IMG/VR virus record: IMGVR_UViG_3300038443_001477
Location: 8,594-72,593 of that record
DNA: 64,000 nucleotides
Origin: a virus
Lineage: Duplodnaviria > Caudoviricetes
Strand: one strand, 5' to 3'
Positions 51,598 through 60,424 of this stretch are shown piece by piece. Each line of letters opens with the position of its first letter. Position 1 is the first letter of the stretch. Made by a program: the position numbers and the translations under genes. Below the pieces are notes generated by a model. It had not been told where the DNA came from. It saw only the letters and a program-made list of their open reading frames with translations, and made no database searches.

Positions 51598-52544
51598 TCC
51601 CGTGGGCCAGCACCGGAGCCCGGCCCTGGAGCTTCCGCGCCCTTAAAGAGGGTGGCTGGCTCCACTACCTCGGCTCCTATCACGAGAGAGAGAGCCTTCA
51701 AAGAGCCATGTTGACACCTGACCAATTCCGCTTCTTCATCGACTCCGGCGCCTTCTCCGCGTGGAGCCGAGGCGCGCAGATCGACCTGGACGAATACATC
51801 GCCTTTGTGAAGGCGAACATCGACCACATCGACTGCTACGCGAACCTCGACGTCATCGCCGGGGAGCCGGGCCGCAATGCCACCAAGGCAGAGAAGGAAG
51901 AAGGAGCTCGGCGCTCCTGGGAGAACTACCTCTATATGCGCGCCGAGGGCCTGGACCCCATCCCGGTCTTCCACGTCGGCGAGGGCTGGTCCTGGCTCCA
52001 GAAGATGCTGGATCACGGCTGCACCTACATCGGCCTCGGCGGCATGGTGGGGAGCCACCTGACGCCGGTCCTGCGGCGCCAGTGGCTAGATGATGTGTTC
52101 GAGCGCATCACCGACGCCGAGGGCTGGCCTCTTGTCAAGGTGCACGGCTTCGGCATGACAAGCGTCAAGCTCATCATGCGCTACCCCTGGTACAGCGTCG
52201 ACTCGACCACCTGGATCAAGATCACGCAGACAGGCGGCATCCTCTTCCCCGCCTACGACGCCAAGGCCGGCGCCTTCAGCTTCGACCGCACTCCGATGGT
52301 GGTCAGCGTGAGTGACCGCAACCCGAAGCAGACCGCCGACGGCCAGCACGCCAACTCCATGAGCCGCTCCATGCGGCTGCTCTTCGACCGCTGGCTCGCC
52401 GAATGCGGCAAGAGCTACGAACAGGTCCGCGAGCACTACTACCACCGCGCAGTCTGCAACGTGCACTTCTTCAAGCGCGTCAGCGAGGCCGCCGGGAAGC
52501 ATCCCTTCAAGAAAGACCGCATCCGCAAACAACCCCTTTTCTAA
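51594..52544 (+). CDS. dpdA: DNA guanine transglycosylase (TGT superfamily)
   Basis: FFIDSGAFSAW, NLDVI, SWENYLYM, PVFHVGE, YIGLGG, HGFGMT and YPWYSVDSTTW motifs; GTG start coupled to folE. Confidence 0.88.
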   Translation: MIPWASTGARPWSFRALKEGGWLHYLGSYHERESLQRAMLTPDQFRFFIDSGAFSAWSRGAQIDLDEYIAFVKANIDHIDCYANLDVIAGEPGRNATKAEKEEGARRSWENYLYMRAEGLDPIPVFHVGEGWSWLQKMLDHGCTYIGLGGMVGSHLTPVLRRQWLDDVFERITDAEGWPLVKVHGFGMTSVKLIMRYPWYSVDSTTWIKITQTGGILFPAYDAKAGAFSFDRTPMVVSVSDRNPKQTADGQHANSMSRSMRLLFDRWLAECGKSYEQVREHYYHRAVCNVHFFKRVSEAAGKHPFKKDRIRKQPLF

Positions 52545-52554
52545 GGAGCGAGAC

Positions 52555-53076
52555 ATGACCAAGAGCGTCCAGTATTACGAGGAGATGGGCCGCGACCATG
52601 CACGCGCAGGCGCGAAAGCCGCCTCCTTCCCCAGGAGCGGCACGAGCTGGCAGGCCAAAGCCTACTGGAGGGGCCGTGACGCCGAGAATGCGGCGATCCA
52701 GGCCCGCAAGAGCAAGGACCCCGGCCCCGCGCCTGGGACGGCCCCTCGCGGCTCTCTGATGGGCATCGCCACCACGCGGCTGCCGTCGAAAAGCCCGGCG
52801 GAAATCCAGGCACCCAAGGCCTACCTCGACAAGCTGCGCGTCGTCAACTATCCGGCGCTGATGAAGCTGAGCGAGTACTGGCCCGCAGGCGCCAAGGAGC
52901 ACGTGCGGCTCCTCGCCATGGACCACAACACCGAGCTGCGCCTCGGCCGGCGAGCGCGCCTGCATCGCGCAATCCGCCGCATGGTGCTGCGTCACGAGCC
53001 CTCCCGGCGCTCGCCCGGCAACTGGGCCGACATCGCCGCGGTGCCGATGTCCATGTCGCAGGCCTCGGCATCGTGA
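52555..53076 (+). CDS. Hypothetical protein
   Basis: 173 aa with an AAGGAG RBS directly after dpdA. Confidence 0.6.
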   Translation: MTKSVQYYEEMGRDHARAGAKAASFPRSGTSWQAKAYWRGRDAENAAIQARKSKDPGPAPGTAPRGSLMGIATTRLPSKSPAEIQAPKAYLDKLRVVNYPALMKLSEYWPAGAKEHVRLLAMDHNTELRLGRRARLHRAIRRMVLRHEPSRRSPGNWADIAAVPMSMSQASAS

Positions 53077-53276
53077 AGATCTACATGGTCGCATCGGCCG
53101 TGCCGTCCTGGATGCGCACCGGATACGGCCACAGCCTCCTCGCGGGCGAGGCCTCAGACCTGCTGATCTCTTTCGAGGAGTTCAAGCGGCCGGGGGTTTC
53201 GCTCCCTGTCACCTCCGAGGTCATGGGCTCCTCCTACAACCCCAGCAAGGCGGACCCCGTGGAGGCCCCCTCGTGA
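53073..53276 (+). CDS. Small protein resembling a DpdA N-terminal segment (copy 1)
   Basis: MKIYMVAS...LAGEASDLLISF; GTGA-coupled to the upstream gene. Confidence 0.5.
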   Translation: MKIYMVASAVPSWMRTGYGHSLLAGEASDLLISFEEFKRPGVSLPVTSEVMGSSYNPSKADPVEAPS

Positions 53277-53455
53277 GGATCTACCTTGTGCACGCGAAGG
53301 CGAACTACGCCAGCGCTACCGATGGCCTTGTGAACGCGATGAGAGAGAGAGAGCACCCGCTGACTCTCTACTCTTTTGAGTTCCTGGTGGGCCGCCAGAC
53401 CCTCCCCATTCAAGAAGACCCGAAACCCAAGCAGGAAAGCCCTTCCAATGTCTGA
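53273..53455 (+). CDS. Small protein resembling a DpdA N-terminal segment (copy 2)
   Basis: MRIYLVHA...AMREREHPLTLYSF; GTGA-coupled, and its stop overlaps the clamp start. Confidence 0.5.
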   Translation: MRIYLVHAKANYASATDGLVNAMREREHPLTLYSFEFLVGRQTLPIQEDPKPKQESPSNV

Positions 53456-54548
53456 CAGCAGCATCAACCGCGCCGAATTCCTCCGCGTCGCTGGCCTTGT
53501 GCGGCCCGCCCTGGCTCGCGACAACTACATCCCCTTCCTGACGCACATCGCCTTCGATGGCAAATACGCCACCGCCTTCAATGACATCAGCGCCATCGCT
53601 GTCCGCGCCAAGACGCACATCGAGCGCTGCCTCCCGGGGGAGTGGCTTATCAAGGCACTCCAGAGCTTCAACGGCTCCGAGGTGCTCCTCCAGCAAAAGG
53701 ACGGCGAGGTCCTCCTCTCCAGCGGCCGCTCCAAGCTGAAGGCCCCCACGCTCGCCCTCAAGGACTTCCCGCTGGAGTGGCCCGAGGATGGCGACGTCAC
53801 CGAGATCATGCTGAAGCCCGTGGTGCTGAAGGGAATCGAGCGCTGTCTCCTCAGCGTCGGCAACGACCCCACGCACCCCGAGCAAATGGGCGTGACGCTG
53901 GAATCTGTCGACGGCATGGCGGTGCTCTACTCCAGCGACAACTGGACCATCAGCCGCTACGAGACCGACTCCAAGCTGAAGCTCCCTGGAGGCTCGCCGG
54001 TCATCCTGCCCACCTTCTTCTGCGAACAGATCGTGAGTCTGGGCAAGGCCTTCCCCGAGGAGGAGGTCGTCCTCTACGTGCACCCCGGCGCGATCATCGC
54101 GGAATTCGGCATCCAGGCCCGGCTCCTCTCCAAGACGCTGGTCGACCAGGAGCCCGCCGACTTCCCGGCGATGTTCAAGAAGCACCTCAAGGTGAAGGGC
54201 AACCTCACCGAGGAGCTCGTCAAGATCCCTGACGCCTTCGATGCGGCCCTCCAGCGTTCTCTCCTGGTACTGGGCGCTGAGGAGGATAAGGCGGTGAAGA
54301 TCGAGATCACCGACAAGGGCTTCGACATGTTGAGCGAGGGCATGGGCGAGGCCGACGACCACCTGGAGGCGAAGGATGTCAGCTTCAACAGCCCGGACGA
54401 ATTCCACCTCGACCCGCAGCTTGTGGCCCGCGCGATGAAGACCGCGACGCACATGGGCTTCGGCGCGACCGTGCTCATTCTCAGCGATGCCGCTGCCAAC
54501 TTTGTGCACCTGATCGCCTACTGCACCGGCCCCAAGGCCAAGAAGTAA
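53448..54548 (+). CDS. dnaN: DNA sliding clamp (Pol III beta-like)
   Basis: 366 aa from MSDSSINRAEFL; three-domain beta-clamp pattern (TLALKDFP, LYSSDNWTIS, LLSKTLVD...DFP). Confidence 0.82.
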   Translation: MSDSSINRAEFLRVAGLVRPALARDNYIPFLTHIAFDGKYATAFNDISAIAVRAKTHIERCLPGEWLIKALQSFNGSEVLLQQKDGEVLLSSGRSKLKAPTLALKDFPLEWPEDGDVTEIMLKPVVLKGIERCLLSVGNDPTHPEQMGVTLESVDGMAVLYSSDNWTISRYETDSKLKLPGGSPVILPTFFCEQIVSLGKAFPEEEVVLYVHPGAIIAEFGIQARLLSKTLVDQEPADFPAMFKKHLKVKGNLTEELVKIPDAFDAALQRSLLVLGAEEDKAVKIEITDKGFDMLSEGMGEADDHLEAKDVSFNSPDEFHLDPQLVARAMKTATHMGFGATVLILSDAAANFVHLIAYCTGPKAKK

Positions 54549-54571
54549 GCCCCGGAGGGAAGAGGGGCCAC

Positions 54572-57190
54572 ATGTCGTTCTTTTATAACGAGACAAAGGC
54601 AGACAAGCCCAAGGCGAAGAAGGCGGTCAACCGGAAGACAATTCCGATTGCCAGCCTTCAGCGCATGGGGTGCTCAGTCTGCCCGCGAGACAAGGATGAC
54701 TCCTTGCGCTCGCCAAAGATGGCGCCGAGCGGGTCGAAGGCGCCATACATTTACCTCCTGGGCCTCTCGCCAAGCCGCGAGGATGACGACGAGGACATCC
54801 AGTGGTGCGATGCGGCGGGCGCCGCCATCTACAAGAAGTTCGGCCGCGACTGGATGGAGAAGGACGTCCGCTCCAACTACATCACGCAGTGCCGGGGCGA
54901 GGAGAGTGTGGCCGCGGTCGAGTGCTGCCGGCCCCGCATCGTCGCCGACATCGAGGAGACACGGCCCCTGGTGATTGTGGGTATCGGGGACGAGGTGCTG
55001 CGCTGGGCGACAGGCATCAGCCCGGCCTCCGCGCTCACGCACCGGGGCGCGCTGTTCGCTGTGAAGATAGGGAACCACACCTGCTGGTACTACCCCATCC
55101 TCTACCCCAACTTCGTGCACAAGAAGGGCGGGCGAAAGAGCGAGTACGAGACGGTGCTGGAGCACGACATCCGCTGGATCAAGCACTATGTCAGTGGCCT
55201 CAACTTCCGCCCCGCGAAGGTGGCAACCAAGCCCTACGACGCGGGGATCGAGATCATCACGGGCACCGAGCCCGGGGACATGCAGCGCCTGGAGGCGGCG
55301 CTGGGGCGCCTTGCCAAGAAGCCCAAGAGCGGCATCGACGTGGAGACGCCCGGGCTCCGCGTGCACATGCAGGCCAACCCAATGTTGCTGTGCGCGGCTG
55401 TCGGCACGCACGACGACACAGTGGCCTTCTCCATCGACCACCCCGAGGGCTGGGGCACCCAGGCGCAGCGCAAGCGCGTGCACAAGCTCTTCCTCCGCTA
55501 TCTCCTGGAGAGCGGGGAGAAGTTCGCGCACAACCTCGCCATGGAGATGGAGTGGCTCTCCTTCTTCTACGGCGACGAGATTCTACGGCTCACGCAGTGG
55601 GGCGACACGATGGCTATGGGCCACGGCCTCGACGAGCGCAAGGGGAGCAAGAGCCTCAACGTGCAGGTCATTAGGCGCCTGGGATTCGACCTGAAGTCGC
55701 AGAGTCGGGTCGATGTGTCGAGGCCGGAGTGGTGGCTGGAGTACCCGCTCAAGGACATCCTCCGCTACAACGGCCTCGATACCAAGTGGACCGACGCCCT
55801 CCGGATGGAATTGGAGCCGGAGATCAACGCCAACCCCGCCTACCGCTACGAATACGAGCGCAAGGTGCGCACCGCCTCCACCCTGGTCATCATGGAGAAC
55901 CAGGGGATGCCCGTCGACATGGCCTTCGCCAAGGAGATGCAGAAACGCCTGGACGACGAGCTCGACGCGGTGGAGGCGAAGATCAAGCGCTGCCCCGAGG
56001 TACAGAAGTACAAGGAGCGCTTCGGCACCTTCCAGCCCGGCAACCCAGATCAGGTGCTTCGCCTCCTGCGCGACATCTGCAAGCGCGACGAGGTGGCGGT
56101 GCGGGATCGCGACGGCAACAAGACCGGCGAGAGCACCAGCGAAGAGATCCTTTCGGTGATCCCAGCCTCGGAGGTGCCCAGCGCGCCCCTGGTATTGGAG
56201 CACCGCGGAATCTCCAAGCTCCTGAGCACCTACATCGACCCCATTGTCAGCCGGAAGATTGTTTGCGTCGATGGACTCCTCCGCAGCAAGTACGGCTCTA
56301 TGGAGGCCGAAACGGGCCGCTTCAACAGCGAGGACCCCAACATCCAGAACTGGCCCAAGCGCAAGCACAAGGAAGTGCGCGGCATCATCGCTGCGCGCGC
56401 CCTGGGGCCGGGCCAGAAGATGGTGGCTTGTGACTTCGGGCAGATCGAGTTCCGCGTCGTCGGCATGGCGAGCGAGGACAAGAACCTCGTCAAGTATTGC
56501 TGGACGGGCTACGACGTCCACAAGTACTGGGCCGAGCGGATGATCGCGGAGTACCCCGCGATCAAGGATCGCATCGTCGAGGAGTTCCACATCGACTGGG
56601 ACAAAGACGGCTTGAAGACGCTGCGCCAGGATGCCAAGAACATGTGGGTCTTCCCGCAGCTTTTCGGCAGCTCGGTGCGCTCCTGCGCCGACAATCTCCG
56701 CATTCCCTACGAGATCATGGAAGACCTCGCGGCGGAGTTCTGGGACGAATTCAGCGGCGCCAAGCGTTGGCAGGAGAAGCTCCTGGAAAGCTATGAGAAG
56801 CGGGGCTACGTCGAGACCCTCGACGGCAGGCGGCGGCGCGGCGCCATGAGTCTCAACCAGATCATCAACCACCCCATCCAAGGCACCGCCCTCTCAATCG
56901 TCTGCGCGGGTATGAATGCGTTGAGCGAGCGGGCCTTCGCCGAGGAGCGCATGGAATGCCACCCACGCTTTAACGGCCACGACGACCTCTCCTTCTTCAT
57001 GGAGGAGGCGAACATCGAGGCGAACGTGCAGATCATCACCGAGGAGATGTGCCGGCCGCGCTTCGACTTTGTGATCGTGCCCCTCATCGTGGAGGTGAGC
57101 GTGGGTGACCGCTGGAATGAGATGAAGGAGATCAGGAAGGTGTCGAGCGAGAAACTCTTCCGCTTGCGCAACCCCTACACGGCACCATGA
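54572..57190 (+). CDS. polA: Family A DNA polymerase with N-terminal UDG family-4-like domain
   Basis: N-terminal CSVCP...GLSPS...TQCR...CCRPRI; ExoI IDVET; TGRFNSEDPNIQN; motif A CDFGQIEFR; motif C GHDDL. Confidence 0.92.
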   Translation: MSFFYNETKADKPKAKKAVNRKTIPIASLQRMGCSVCPRDKDDSLRSPKMAPSGSKAPYIYLLGLSPSREDDDEDIQWCDAAGAAIYKKFGRDWMEKDVRSNYITQCRGEESVAAVECCRPRIVADIEETRPLVIVGIGDEVLRWATGISPASALTHRGALFAVKIGNHTCWYYPILYPNFVHKKGGRKSEYETVLEHDIRWIKHYVSGLNFRPAKVATKPYDAGIEIITGTEPGDMQRLEAALGRLAKKPKSGIDVETPGLRVHMQANPMLLCAAVGTHDDTVAFSIDHPEGWGTQAQRKRVHKLFLRYLLESGEKFAHNLAMEMEWLSFFYGDEILRLTQWGDTMAMGHGLDERKGSKSLNVQVIRRLGFDLKSQSRVDVSRPEWWLEYPLKDILRYNGLDTKWTDALRMELEPEINANPAYRYEYERKVRTASTLVIMENQGMPVDMAFAKEMQKRLDDELDAVEAKIKRCPEVQKYKERFGTFQPGNPDQVLRLLRDICKRDEVAVRDRDGNKTGESTSEEILSVIPASEVPSAPLVLEHRGISKLLSTYIDPIVSRKIVCVDGLLRSKYGSMEAETGRFNSEDPNIQNWPKRKHKEVRGIIAARALGPGQKMVACDFGQIEFRVVGMASEDKNLVKYCWTGYDVHKYWAERMIAEYPAIKDRIVEEFHIDWDKDGLKTLRQDAKNMWVFPQLFGSSVRSCADNLRIPYEIMEDLAAEFWDEFSGAKRWQEKLLESYEKRGYVETLDGRRRRGAMSLNQIINHPIQGTALSIVCAGMNALSERAFAEERMECHPRFNGHDDLSFFMEEANIEANVQIITEEMCRPRFDFVIVPLIVEVSVGDRWNEMKEIRKVSSEKLFRLRNPYTAP

Positions 57191-57358
57191 AGGTTCCCAG
57201 GCTGAGCGAGCACTACGAGGCCTCCGCCCTTTACTTCTTCGAGTTGGGGCAGGAGCATCAGTGCTGGTTTAATTTAATGGCAGCCTGGGCCTACGAAGAC
57301 GAAGACGAAAAAGAGTACATGGCCTTCCGAGGCCAACAGATAGAACTGGAGCTGACAC

Positions 57359-58342
57359 ATGGGCAAACGAATCGAAGAAGCGGCGGAGAAGCCTGCGGAG
57401 CGCGGGGAGCCAATCCATACGAAGTACAGGCCCCGAGCCTTGAAGGAGGTGCTCGGGCAACCCGCTATTGTCAAGAGCCTGGAGCAGGCACTCGCGGGCA
57501 AGAGCACTCCTCACGTCTACCTTTTCACGGGCCCCGCTGGTACCGGGAAAACCACGCTAGCCCGGATCGTCGCGAGCATGCTGGAGATAAGCCCCCAGGC
57601 AATCACCGAGGTCGACGCCGCCAGCAACTCCGGCATCGACGACATGCGGCAGATCACCCAGGCGCTCCGCTATAACGGGTTCGGCAAGACACCGAACAAG
57701 GCCATCATCCTCAACGAGTGCCAGGGCCTCAGCAAACAGGCATGGGACTCCCTCCTCACCAGCACCGAGGAGCCGCCCGCCCACGTCTACTTCTTCTTCA
57801 CCAGCACCAACCCGGAGAAGATCCCGAAGGCGCTGCTCACCCGCAGCACAAGCTATGAGCTCCGGCCCCTGAAACACGACGACCTCATGGACCTCCTCGA
57901 CGAGGTCTGCGGGCGCGAGGGCTACAAGACCAAGGAGGCGATCCTGGCAGCGGTCGCCCAGGCCGCCGAGGGCAGCGCCCGCCACGCGCTGACGATGCTG
58001 GCGAAGGTGCATGCCTGTGAGAGCGTCAAGGAGGCCCAGGACCTGCTCCTCATCGCCGACGAGCACGCCGAGGCCATTCAGCTCGCGCGGGATCTGGTGG
58101 CGGGCAAGCTCCAGTGGCCCCAGGTCACCAAGGCACTGAAAGCGCTGGCCGAGGATGGAGTGCAGGCGGAGAGCGTGCGCCTGATGATCGTCGGCTACCT
58201 GCGCGCCTGCCTCATGGGCTCCGATAGCGACAAGCGTACGGTGCGCCTCCTCGACATACTGGAGTGCTTCATGAAGCCCGCCACCGGCCCCGAGAAGGAG
58301 GCCCCGCTGCTGATCGCCTTCGGCCGCTACATCTACGGCTGA
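57359..58342 (+). CDS. dnaX: Clamp loader subunit (DnaX gamma/tau-like)
   Basis: KYRP, LFTGPAGTGKTTLARI, EVDAASNSGIDDMR, ILNECQGLS and EGSARHA motifs. Confidence 0.9.
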   Translation: MGKRIEEAAEKPAERGEPIHTKYRPRALKEVLGQPAIVKSLEQALAGKSTPHVYLFTGPAGTGKTTLARIVASMLEISPQAITEVDAASNSGIDDMRQITQALRYNGFGKTPNKAIILNECQGLSKQAWDSLLTSTEEPPAHVYFFFTSTNPEKIPKALLTRSTSYELRPLKHDDLMDLLDEVCGREGYKTKEAILAAVAQAAEGSARHALTMLAKVHACESVKEAQDLLLIADEHAEAIQLARDLVAGKLQWPQVTKALKALAEDGVQAESVRLMIVGYLRACLMGSDSDKRTVRLLDILECFMKPATGPEKEAPLLIAFGRYIYG

Positions 58343-58390
58343 AAGCCCAGCCCCGGGTATAGATAGGGCTGAAAGGAGCCCGGGGCAACA

Positions 58391-58951
58391 GTGAATGACG
58401 CAGAACTCCGAGAGTGGCGCAGCCGCCTCCGCATCAACAAGCACCGCCTGGACGACGAGCTGGAGGTGCAGGCGGAGAGCCAGGAAACCATCGCGCAAAA
58501 GGTTCAGGCGGCCGAGGCCCGGATGATGGAAGCGAAGGAGGACCTCCAGAAGACGGAGGCCCGCCTTGTCGAAGACTTCCGCGAGGGCGGCCGTGCTGCT
58601 GGCGCCACCAAAGACCTTGCCGAAGCCAAGGCACGCCGGCATCCGGATCGCATGCGGGCTTGGGAACGCTTCCAGGCGGCCAGCCAGGAACATCGTGCCT
58701 GGGCCGACTTGCTGGAGGCCTGGAGGAACAAGGGCCGCGACCTGCACGCCCTCGGCAAGCTCTTCTCCGACGACTACTACAGCCTCACCGCGAAGTCGGT
58801 CTATGCGGAGCGCCCCAGCCGCGACAGCAGGCCCCCTAGCGAGCGCTACGAGCGCCCGAATACTCGCCGGCAGGCCGAGGCCTCCCCCGAACTCGAACGC
58901 GCGCTGACGGGGCTCCTGGGCCGCGGTAAGCGCACTCCCCTGGAGGACTGA
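58391..58951 (+). CDS. UvsY-like recombination mediator (putative)
   Basis: L-x-I-N-x-x-x-LD-x-EL-x-x-Q start and long helix; upstream of the SSB and RecA genes. Confidence 0.5.
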   Translation: MNDAELREWRSRLRINKHRLDDELEVQAESQETIAQKVQAAEARMMEAKEDLQKTEARLVEDFREGGRAAGATKDLAEAKARRHPDRMRAWERFQAASQEHRAWADLLEAWRNKGRDLHALGKLFSDDYYSLTAKSVYAERPSRDSRPPSERYERPNTRRQAEASPELERALTGLLGRGKRTPLED

Positions 58952-58955
58952 TGCG

Positions 58956-59099
58956 ATGTGCATGGCTCCCTCTTTCTTTGACTACGTGCTCTGGGGCGGC
59001 TTGGCGCTCCTGGGCATGTATCTCGTAGCGCGGCTGGCAACGGCCGCTTTCTTCAATTCCAAGCGCCAATACGACCAACAGAGGATGACCAATGGCTGA
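58956..59099 (+). CDS. Small single-TM protein (47 aa, absent from the ORF track)
   Basis: MCMAPSFFDYVLWGGLALLGMYLVARLATAAFFNSKRQYDQQRMTNG, read manually; fills the gap between neighbours. Confidence 0.45.
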   Translation: MCMAPSFFDYVLWGGLALLGMYLVARLATAAFFNSKRQYDQQRMTNG

Positions 59100-60423
59100 C
59101 CGCCGCAGAGAAGACGACGAAGACGATCGCCCCCGCCGCAGGGGTCGCGACGATGACGAGGATCGTGGGTCCAGGCGCAGCAGCCGGGACGATGACGATC
59201 GGACCTCGCGCCGCTCCCGCGACGACGATGACCGGGGCAGCTCCCGCAGGGGCCGCGAAGACGACGATGACGACCGGCGATCCAGCCGGCGCGGTCGCGA
59301 CGATGATGACGACGACCGCGGTGGCTCCTCCTCCTATCGCTACGAGCGCCGCGACAGTGAGAAGACGCGAGAGCGTGCGAACAAGGGGAACAACGACTTC
59401 GATAAGTTCCTCAAGGACCACATCAAGGCCTTCAAGGTCAACGACGGCGACAACCGCATCCGCATCATTCCGCCCACCTGGAAGAAGGCCGATCACCACG
59501 GCCTCGACATCTACGTGCACTACGCCGTTGGCGCGGATCGGCAAAGCTACCTGTGCCCGAAGAAGATGAAGGACGAGCCCTGCCCGGTCTGCGAGGCCCG
59601 CGACGAACTCAAGCGCGAGCTCAACGACAACGAGGGCGACAAGGACCTGGAGAAGCAGGTCAAGGCGCTGGAGCCGAAGCGCCGGGTGCTGGCCTATCTG
59701 ATCGACCGCGACCACGAGAAGGAGGGTCCGCAGGCCTGGGCGATGCCCTGGACGGTCGACCGGGATACCGTGCAGGTCATGACCGACAAGAGCACCGGCG
59801 AGGTGCTCCCCATCGACGACCCCAAGGAGGGCTACGACGTCGAGTTCACCAAGAAGGGAGCCAAGGATCGCACCGAGTACACCGGGGTCGCCATCGCGCG
59901 CCGCTCCTCCCCCCTGGGCAAGTCGGCGTGGCTGGAGTTCGCCATCGACAACCCGCTGCCCGACCAGCTCGTCTACTTCCCCTACGAGCACATCGCCAAG
60001 GCCTTCGGCGGCAAGAGCACCAGCCGCCGCGAAGACGACGATGACGATCGCCGCGACAGCCGGCGGAGCCGCGAAGATGACGAGCCCAAGAGGGGCCGTG
60101 ACCGTGACGAGGAAGAGCGCGGGGGCGGCAGGGACCGGGACGACGACCGCGGCAGCCGGAGCCGCAGCCGCGATGACAGCGCGCCGACCTGGGAGTCCAT
60201 CCACGACATGACCAAGTCGGAGCTGGAGGATCTGATCGAGGAGAAGGACCTCGACATCAAGCCCAAGGATGCGAAGGACGTCGACGACCTCCGCGACTGG
60301 GTGTGCGAGGAGATGGGGATCAAGAAGCCGAAGCAGGAGGAGCGCGGTAGTCGCCGAGGCTCCGATGATGACGGTGACGACGATCGCCTCCGCCGCATGC
60401 GTGAACGCCGCGAGCGCGACTGA
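59092..60423 (+). CDS. Single-stranded DNA-binding protein (gp32-like) with R/D-rich termini
   Basis: NRIRIIP, YVHY, YLCP...PCPVCE zinc site and DPKEGYDVEFTKKG motifs. Confidence 0.8.
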   Translation: MADRRREDDEDDRPRRRGRDDDEDRGSRRSSRDDDDRTSRRSRDDDDRGSSRRGREDDDDDRRSSRRGRDDDDDDRGGSSSYRYERRDSEKTRERANKGNNDFDKFLKDHIKAFKVNDGDNRIRIIPPTWKKADHHGLDIYVHYAVGADRQSYLCPKKMKDEPCPVCEARDELKRELNDNEGDKDLEKQVKALEPKRRVLAYLIDRDHEKEGPQAWAMPWTVDRDTVQVMTDKSTGEVLPIDDPKEGYDVEFTKKGAKDRTEYTGVAIARRSSPLGKSAWLEFAIDNPLPDQLVYFPYEHIAKAFGGKSTSRREDDDDDRRDSRRSREDDEPKRGRDRDEEERGGGRDRDDDRGSRSRSRDDSAPTWESIHDMTKSELEDLIEEKDLDIKPKDAKDVDDLRDWVCEEMGIKKPKQEERGSRRGSDDDGDDDRLRRMRERRERD

Positions 60424-60424
60424 C

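Noticed and set aside
57187-57675. 162-aa ORF coupled to polA and overlapping dnaX by over 300 nt
   Set aside because: Only about 58 codons are unique, it has no motif, and the remainder reads like an off-frame shadow. It is not supportable as a gene or as overprinting.
40433-58364. GGTATAGCT copies as N4-type hairpin promoters
   Set aside because: Several copies sit in hairpins, but the stem register differs between copies, so a linear motif is more parsimonious.
59092-59340. Short repeated units suggestive of a CRISPR or tandem array
   Set aside because: The repeats are imperfect codon repeats of R/D peptides within the SSB frame, with no constant repeat-spacer structure.
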